Shown piece after piece: positions 58,790 to 64,000 of a stretch of 64,000 nucleotides of DNA. The stretch is taken from IMG/VR virus record IMGVR_UViG_3300042673_002211, positions 1-64,000 of that record; one strand, given 5' to 3'. Each line of letters opens with the position of its first letter. Position 1 is the stretch's first letter. Below the pieces are notes generated by a model. It did not search any database. It was not told where the DNA came from and saw only the letters and a program-made list of their open reading frames with translations. The translations under genes and the position numbers were made by a program. The DNA comes from a virus.

Positions 58790-59673
58790 AAGAAATTACC
58801 CGTAAACATCTTACTACAGATCAAGGTAAATGTTATGGTCAATGCCTTACTGCTGTAGGTTGGGTAGGTGGGACTTTACCTGAAATATATGAAGATGGAG
58901 GTATGGTTGAATTTTCAATGGCCGATGTTGCTGGTGGTGCTATTGCTACTGGTATTGCTTTAGCAGGCGGTAGACCTATTTATGTAGTTCGTTATCAAGG
59001 ATTTCAATGGTATAATTTAGCTTCAGTAGTTAATTATGCTGCTAAATCTAAAGAAATTTGGAATCGCCCCTGTCCTATCTTTGTAAGAAGTATTGCTATG
59101 GAAGGCGGAGTAGGTCCTGTAGCAGGTTCATCTCACCACTCAATGGCTCAACGTATGCCTGGAATTAAAGTTATAGCTCCTATGACACCAGGTGAATACC
59201 AATCTGCTTATGATTCTTTTATGCTTGATGATGATCCTTACTATATTTCAGAACATAGAAAATCCTATGACAACACTGAAGAATTAGAAAATACAATCCA
59301 CCCAGTAGCTGATTTTACTATATTTCCTATTTCTATAACTCGTTTAGAAATGAAAAAGCTAGTTCAATTAGCTGAACAAGAAGGGATTAAATTAAATATT
59401 ATTCATCAACTTTGGATTAAACCCTTTATAGTAGAAAATAGTTGGAAAATAGCTTTAGATAATTCTAAATACGGTGGTTTAGTTACAGATGATGATTATG
59501 TAGAAGGAACAGCTAGCAGTATAGCTAATGAGTTAAGCTTGGCAACTAATAAAAGAGTTTATACATTAGGCCTAGAACCACGGACTGCTGGATTTCACCC
59601 ATCAGTAGATAATTTACCCCCAACAGCTGAAAAAATACTTGAAAAACTAAAACAAATAAAAAATGGAATATAG
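58762..59673 (+). CDS. TPP-dependent dehydrogenase/transketolase E1 beta-like subunit
   Basis: GIALAGGRP, GSSHH, MPGIKVIAP, SEHR, adjacent to alpha. Confidence 0.85.
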   Translation: MATTVRDTIKEITRKHLTTDQGKCYGQCLTAVGWVGGTLPEIYEDGGMVEFSMADVAGGAIATGIALAGGRPIYVVRYQGFQWYNLASVVNYAAKSKEIWNRPCPIFVRSIAMEGGVGPVAGSSHHSMAQRMPGIKVIAPMTPGEYQSAYDSFMLDDDPYYISEHRKSYDNTEELENTIHPVADFTIFPISITRLEMKKLVQLAEQEGIKLNIIHQLWIKPFIVENSWKIALDNSKYGGLVTDDDYVEGTASSIANELSLATNKRVYTLGLEPRTAGFHPSVDNLPPTAEKILEKLKQIKNGI

Positions 59674-60826
59674 TTGGCCTCTTATTAATGATAATATCAC
59701 TCAAGGTGATAGAAAAGTATTAGCAGATTTTTGTTTACATGGTGAACGTTTTACAAACGGAGCTAAAGTAAAAGAATTTGAAAAGATTTGGTCTGAATGG
59801 TTAGGTGTTAAGCATTCAGTAATGGTTAACTCAGGAGCATCTGCAAACTATATTTCAATTGCGATGGTTAAAGAGTTAAAAGGTTTAGGTGAAGTAATTG
59901 TTCCTCCTATTGGTTGGGTTTCTGATTTGGCTTCAGTAGCTCAACTTGGAATGACTCCTGTAATTGTAGATGTTAGTTTAAATGATTTTAACATTACAGC
60001 TGAAAATATTAAAAACGCTATTACTCCAAAAACAAAAGCAATTGTATTAGTTCATACTTTAGGATTTCCAGCTATTAATGATGAAATTATTAAGTTAGCT
60101 AAAGAACATGATTTAATTTTAATTGAAGATTGTTGTGAAGCACATGGTGCTACTTATAAAGATAAAAAAGTAGGTTCATTCGGAGATATTTCACTATTCT
60201 CGTTTTATTTCGGTCACCATATCACTACTATTGAAGGTGGTACTGTTTGTGTAAACGATGATAAATTATATGATTTAGCTAAATTGTTCCGTTCACACGG
60301 AATGACTCGTGAAGCTTCCCAAGAACTACAACGTGACTACCAGTTAATGTACCCCAACCTAAACCCATTGTTTACTTTCGCTGTAGCCGGGTTTAATATG
60401 CGCTCAACCGAATTGAATGCTGTATTGGGTATAGAGCAAATGAAGCGCTTAGACAGCAATATAGAAATAAGAACTCGTAATCTCCATTCTTGGTTAGATA
60501 ATCTTGATAATTCTAAGTTTATGACTTCATTTCCAACTCAGGGCAGTAGTAATTTTGCTTTACCCTTAATGATGCAAAGCATTATTCGTGATAAACTTAA
60601 AGATGTTTGTCACATCTTAGAAGAAGAAGGAGTTGAATATCGTTTAGGTACTGCTGGTGGTGGTAACCAAGCACTTCAACCTTACCTTAAAAAGTTTCCT
60701 CATCGTATAAGTGGAGCTTTAGCTCATGCCGACTATGTTCACTACAATGCTTTGTATGTAGGTAATCATCCAGAATTAACTGAGGAACAAATTATTAATC
60801 TTTGTAAAAAACTAAATAATGTTTAA
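59663..60826 (+). CDS. PLP/PMP-dependent NDP-4-keto-6-deoxysugar 3-dehydratase (ColD-type, DegT fold)
   Basis: VNSGASAN, EDCCEAHG, SFYFGHHITTIEGG with His in place of the aminotransferase Lys, RSHGMTR. Confidence 0.8.
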   Translation: MEYSWPLINDNITQGDRKVLADFCLHGERFTNGAKVKEFEKIWSEWLGVKHSVMVNSGASANYISIAMVKELKGLGEVIVPPIGWVSDLASVAQLGMTPVIVDVSLNDFNITAENIKNAITPKTKAIVLVHTLGFPAINDEIIKLAKEHDLILIEDCCEAHGATYKDKKVGSFGDISLFSFYFGHHITTIEGGTVCVNDDKLYDLAKLFRSHGMTREASQELQRDYQLMYPNLNPLFTFAVAGFNMRSTELNAVLGIEQMKRLDSNIEIRTRNLHSWLDNLDNSKFMTSFPTQGSSNFALPLMMQSIIRDKLKDVCHILEEEGVEYRLGTAGGGNQALQPYLKKFPHRISGALAHADYVHYNALYVGNHPELTEEQIINLCKKLNNV

Positions 60827-61781
60827 AAATCAAAAAGTTTTAGTAACAGGAGGGGCGGGGATGATTGGTCGTCAACTAGTAGATTTATTACTAGAAAAAG
60901 GAGCTAATGTAACCATAGCCGATTTAAATAAACCAAATGATCTTCCTGAAAATGTAAATTTTGTTCAAGCAAATTTATTGTATTTTGATCAATGCCAAAA
61001 CATCTGCCAGGGTCAAGATTATATTTTTAATTTAGTAGGTATTAAATGTTCACCCAAAGTAACAATGGAACAACCCGCTGATATTATGGGACCAATGATG
61101 CAATTTAATACTAATATGTTAGAGGCAGCTATGAAAGCTAATGTTAAATGGTATTTGTATACAAGTACTGTTGGTGTTTATACTCCTGCTGAAGTATTTT
61201 ATGAAGATGATGTTTGGGAAGGTTCTCCATCACCAAATGATTGGTATGGTGGTTGGGCTAAGCGAATGGGGGAATTACAATGTGAAGCTTATGAAAAACA
61301 AAGTGGTGAAGGTAAATGTTCAATCGTAAGACCAGCTAATGTTTATGGTCCTTATGATAATTTTGATTTAAAAAATGCTATGGTTGTTCCTTCACTTATT
61401 AGAAAAGCAAACGAAAATAATATAATTGATGTTTGGGGAGATGGTTCACCAATTAGAGATTTCATTCATGCTAAAGATGTTGCTCGTGGAATGATGTTTG
61501 TAGTTGAAAACAAAATTACTAAACCTGTTAATTTAGGTTCAGGTACAGGAGTAACAATTAAAGAACTATCAGAAATTGTAGCTAATTATTTTAGTAAACC
61601 TATTCAATATTCACCTGAAAAACCATCTGGGGATGCTAAACGTATTTTTAGTATGGAAAGAGCTAATTCGTATGGTTTTTATCCTGAAGTTTCTATTAAA
61701 GAAGGTATAGAAAGTACAATTGAATGGTTCCTATCCAACCCCGATAAAATAGATAAGAAATTTAATGCCCTTAACAAATAA
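60819..61781 (+). CDS. NAD-dependent epimerase/reductase (GDP-fucose synthase-like)
   Basis: VTGGAGMIG, YGGWAK, RPANVYGP, VWGDGSPIRDF. Confidence 0.88.
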   Translation: MFKNQKVLVTGGAGMIGRQLVDLLLEKGANVTIADLNKPNDLPENVNFVQANLLYFDQCQNICQGQDYIFNLVGIKCSPKVTMEQPADIMGPMMQFNTNMLEAAMKANVKWYLYTSTVGVYTPAEVFYEDDVWEGSPSPNDWYGGWAKRMGELQCEAYEKQSGEGKCSIVRPANVYGPYDNFDLKNAMVVPSLIRKANENNIIDVWGDGSPIRDFIHAKDVARGMMFVVENKITKPVNLGSGTGVTIKELSEIVANYFSKPIQYSPEKPSGDAKRIFSMERANSYGFYPEVSIKEGIESTIEWFLSNPDKIDKKFNALNK

Positions 61782-62356
61782 TGGATAAAATTCTAATCAC
61801 AGGAGCAAATTCAGGTCTAGGTAAACATTTAGTATCTAAGTTTAAAAATAGTGGATATGAAGTATTTGAACATAAAGGTAGTAAACATTATGATTTATCC
61901 AAACCAGATGAAGTAAAAAAATTAGCAGATGATGCTAAAGATTTTGGAGTAAATATTTTGGTAAATAATGCTGCTATAGTTTGCCCAAGTAAAGAATTAT
62001 TATTATATTCCGACAACGAAATTAAAAATATGATAGAAGTAAATTTAACTTCTCCTATATTATTAACATTTTATCTATTAGATCAATTAACAGATATAAT
62101 TAATATTAATTCAATGGTTGGACTCGAAACTAAATCCCTACGAACATTATACTCAGCAACAAAATGGGGATTAAGAGGATTTGCTCAAAGTTTAAAGGAA
62201 GAAAATAAAAATATAAATGTTTTAGATGTTTACCCTACTAATATTAAAACAACTCCTGATAGGCAGAATGCTATGGATGTTGGTTTTGTAGTAGATAGTA
62301 TATATAATTCATTTTCAAATAAAGAACAAACACTTATACTAGATGGAAGAAAATAA
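61781..62356 (+). CDS. short-chain dehydrogenase/reductase
   Basis: ITGANSGLG, LVNNAA, YSATK. Confidence 0.88.
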   Translation: MDKILITGANSGLGKHLVSKFKNSGYEVFEHKGSKHYDLSKPDEVKKLADDAKDFGVNILVNNAAIVCPSKELLLYSDNEIKNMIEVNLTSPILLTFYLLDQLTDIININSMVGLETKSLRTLYSATKWGLRGFAQSLKEENKNINVLDVYPTNIKTTPDRQNAMDVGFVVDSIYNSFSNKEQTLILDGRK

Positions 62357-63302
62357 AACAATATTAATTTGTGGAGCAACAGGTTTTATTGGTAGAAATT
62401 TATTAGATTTTTATTACAAACAAGGAAAATACAAAATTAAAGCTACTCATTTCAAACGTCCTCTAGTTGATGGGTATGATGGAGTAGAATGGGTTAATTG
62501 TGATTTGCGTGATCCAAACCAAGTTAAAAAAGTTATAGAAGGAGTAGACATTATATTACAATTTGCAGCTACTACTACAGGAGCTAAAGATATAGTTTCT
62601 AAACCTTACATTCATGTTACAGACAATGCTGTTATGAATTCTTTATTACTTAGAGAAGCATTTGAACAAGGGATAGAACATTTTATTTTCCCTAGTTGTA
62701 CTATCATGTATCAAAAATCTGAAATAGCTATTAAAGAATCCGATTTCAACCCTTCAGAAGAAATACAATCATTTTATTTTGGAGCAGGATATACTAAAAT
62801 ATATTTAGAAAGAATGTGTGAGTTTTATTCTCGCTTAGGTAAAACAAAACACACAGTTATTAGACATTCTAACATGTATGGCCCTTATGATAAATATGAT
62901 TTAGAAAAATCCCATGTATTTGGAGCTACTATTACTAAAGTAATGACATCACAAGATGGAAAAATAAATGTGTGGGGTACAGGAGAAGAAAAACGTGATT
63001 TGTTATATGTTGAAGATTTAGTAGATTTTATAGATATTGCTATTAATAAACAAACTACTCCATATGAATTACTTAATATTGGTTTAGGTGAAGGAATTAA
63101 AATTAAAGATTTAGTCCAAAAAATCATTACTCACTCAGAACGTGATTTAGAAATAGTTCACGATTTGTCAAAACCAACAGTTCCAACTTCTTTATTTTTA
63201 GATTGTTCTTTAGTAAAAGAAAAATTAGATTGGGAACCAAAACACACCTTGGATGAAGGTATTATTAAAACTTTAAATTGGTATAAAAATAATATTAAAT
63301 GA
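62343..63302 (+). CDS. NAD-dependent epimerase/reductase (GDP-fucose synthase-like)
   Basis: CGATGFIG, SNMYGPYD, SHV, VWGTGEEKRD. Confidence 0.88.
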   Translation: MEENKTILICGATGFIGRNLLDFYYKQGKYKIKATHFKRPLVDGYDGVEWVNCDLRDPNQVKKVIEGVDIILQFAATTTGAKDIVSKPYIHVTDNAVMNSLLLREAFEQGIEHFIFPSCTIMYQKSEIAIKESDFNPSEEIQSFYFGAGYTKIYLERMCEFYSRLGKTKHTVIRHSNMYGPYDKYDLEKSHVFGATITKVMTSQDGKINVWGTGEEKRDLLYVEDLVDFIDIAINKQTTPYELLNIGLGEGIKIKDLVQKIITHSERDLEIVHDLSKPTVPTSLFLDCSLVKEKLDWEPKHTLDEGIIKTLNWYKNNIK

Positions 63303-64000
63303 AAGATATAGCTGTTATAATTCAATCAAGAGATAGAGTTGAGGAATTTATTAATACTATTAATATGTTATATACTACTTGTTATGATCAAAAAAATTTT
63401 GACATAATAGGAGTTATTGATGATGATCAAATACAATTATATTCACAAGTTAAAAATATTTACCCTGATATTATTTGGTTACATCCTAAACATACTCCTG
63501 GTAGTTGGGTTAATTTAGTAAAAATTCAACATAATTTTATAAAAAATAATGATTATTACTTTATATGGGCGGTATGTGATGATTTTTTTGATGTAAGTAA
63601 GAATTGGGATTTTTCTATAATAACTCAAAAGAATAAATATCCTGATGATTTATTTACTATTCATTCTTCTAATAAAAAAGATTTATTAGCTGAAGAAGTT
63701 AGAAAAAATGCGTATATTTGTAATGACAATAATCTTGATAATATAGGGTTCGGAATCTACCATAACTACTGTGAACGATTACCGGTAAGTACTAAAAAAT
63801 GGATTGAGTTCATGTCACCAATTGTATCAAATCCTAAATTTTGCACACAGCATGAATTAATCACAGCTAGTTTAATAATGTTATTAAAATACCACTATGG
63901 TATAAATAGATTAGTAACAGTTAATGAATTTTATTGGGGGGGTTTAATAGATCAAGGAGGAAGTAATATTTGTGATAGAAAAAAAAATTATCTTGATTTA
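63299..64000 (+). CDS. GT-A fold glycosyltransferase-like protein, 3'-truncated by window edge
   Basis: ATGA-coupled start MKDIAVIIQSRDR...VIDDD...AVCDD, apparently open to the window end. Confidence 0.6.
   Translation, partial: MKDIAVIIQSRDRVEEFINTINMLYTTCYDQKNFDIIGVIDDDQIQLYSQVKNIYPDIIWLHPKHTPGSWVNLVKIQHNFIKNNDYYFIWAVCDDFFDVSKNWDFSIITQKNKYPDDLFTIHSSNKKDLLAEEVRKNAYICNDNNLDNIGFGIYHNYCERLPVSTKKWIEFMSPIVSNPKFCTQHELITASLIMLLKYHYGINRLVTVNEFYWGGLIDQGGSNICDRKKNYLDL

Noticed and set aside
56381-63302. Bacterial chromosomal O-antigen locus (host contamination or prophage boundary)
   Set aside because: Same strand, gene packing and promoter motifs as the phage part, no integrase or att site, and no wzx/wzy-type membrane genes.

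Overview
A 64 kb AT-rich segment of a large T4-like or jumbo myovirus genome. All credible genes are on the + strand, tightly packed and often coupled by ATGA/TAATG overlaps. The host is probably Bacteroidota, inferred from nine TTG-N20-TAnnTT(T)A promoter-like sites that resemble the Bacteroidetes -33/-7 promoter. Gene order: glycosyltransferases including a TibC/Aah-like heptosyltransferase; contractile tail module (sheath, tube, frameshifted chaperone, tape measure, LysM, hub-lysozyme); a short divergent PolA; SSB, RecA, 5'-3' exonuclease, helicase, NrdB/NrdA; a lysis cassette headed by a PAS-PAS-membrane protein; a 7-deazaguanine cluster (TGT/DpdA-like, QueC, QueD, QueE, FolE) with HPRT and a MazG-like enzyme; a PolB split into two genes around two small ORFs; clamp and clamp loader; Hsp20, GroES, GroEL; and a long glycan-biosynthesis island (ColD-type dehydratase, TPP-dependent E1 alpha/beta pair, reductases, many GTs). 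The most unusual signals are: (i) two unrelated single genes each enclosed by a ~22-bp imperfect 5'-3' RNA panhandle running from the predicted transcription start to the next promoter, (ii) a PAS sensor fused to a two-helix membrane domain in front of the lysis genes, (iii) a deazaguanine pathway coupled to salvage and sanitizing enzymes and a split polymerase, (iv) unrelated proteins sharing a duplicated 23-aa leader. All product calls come from motif recognition by eye; no database searches were run.
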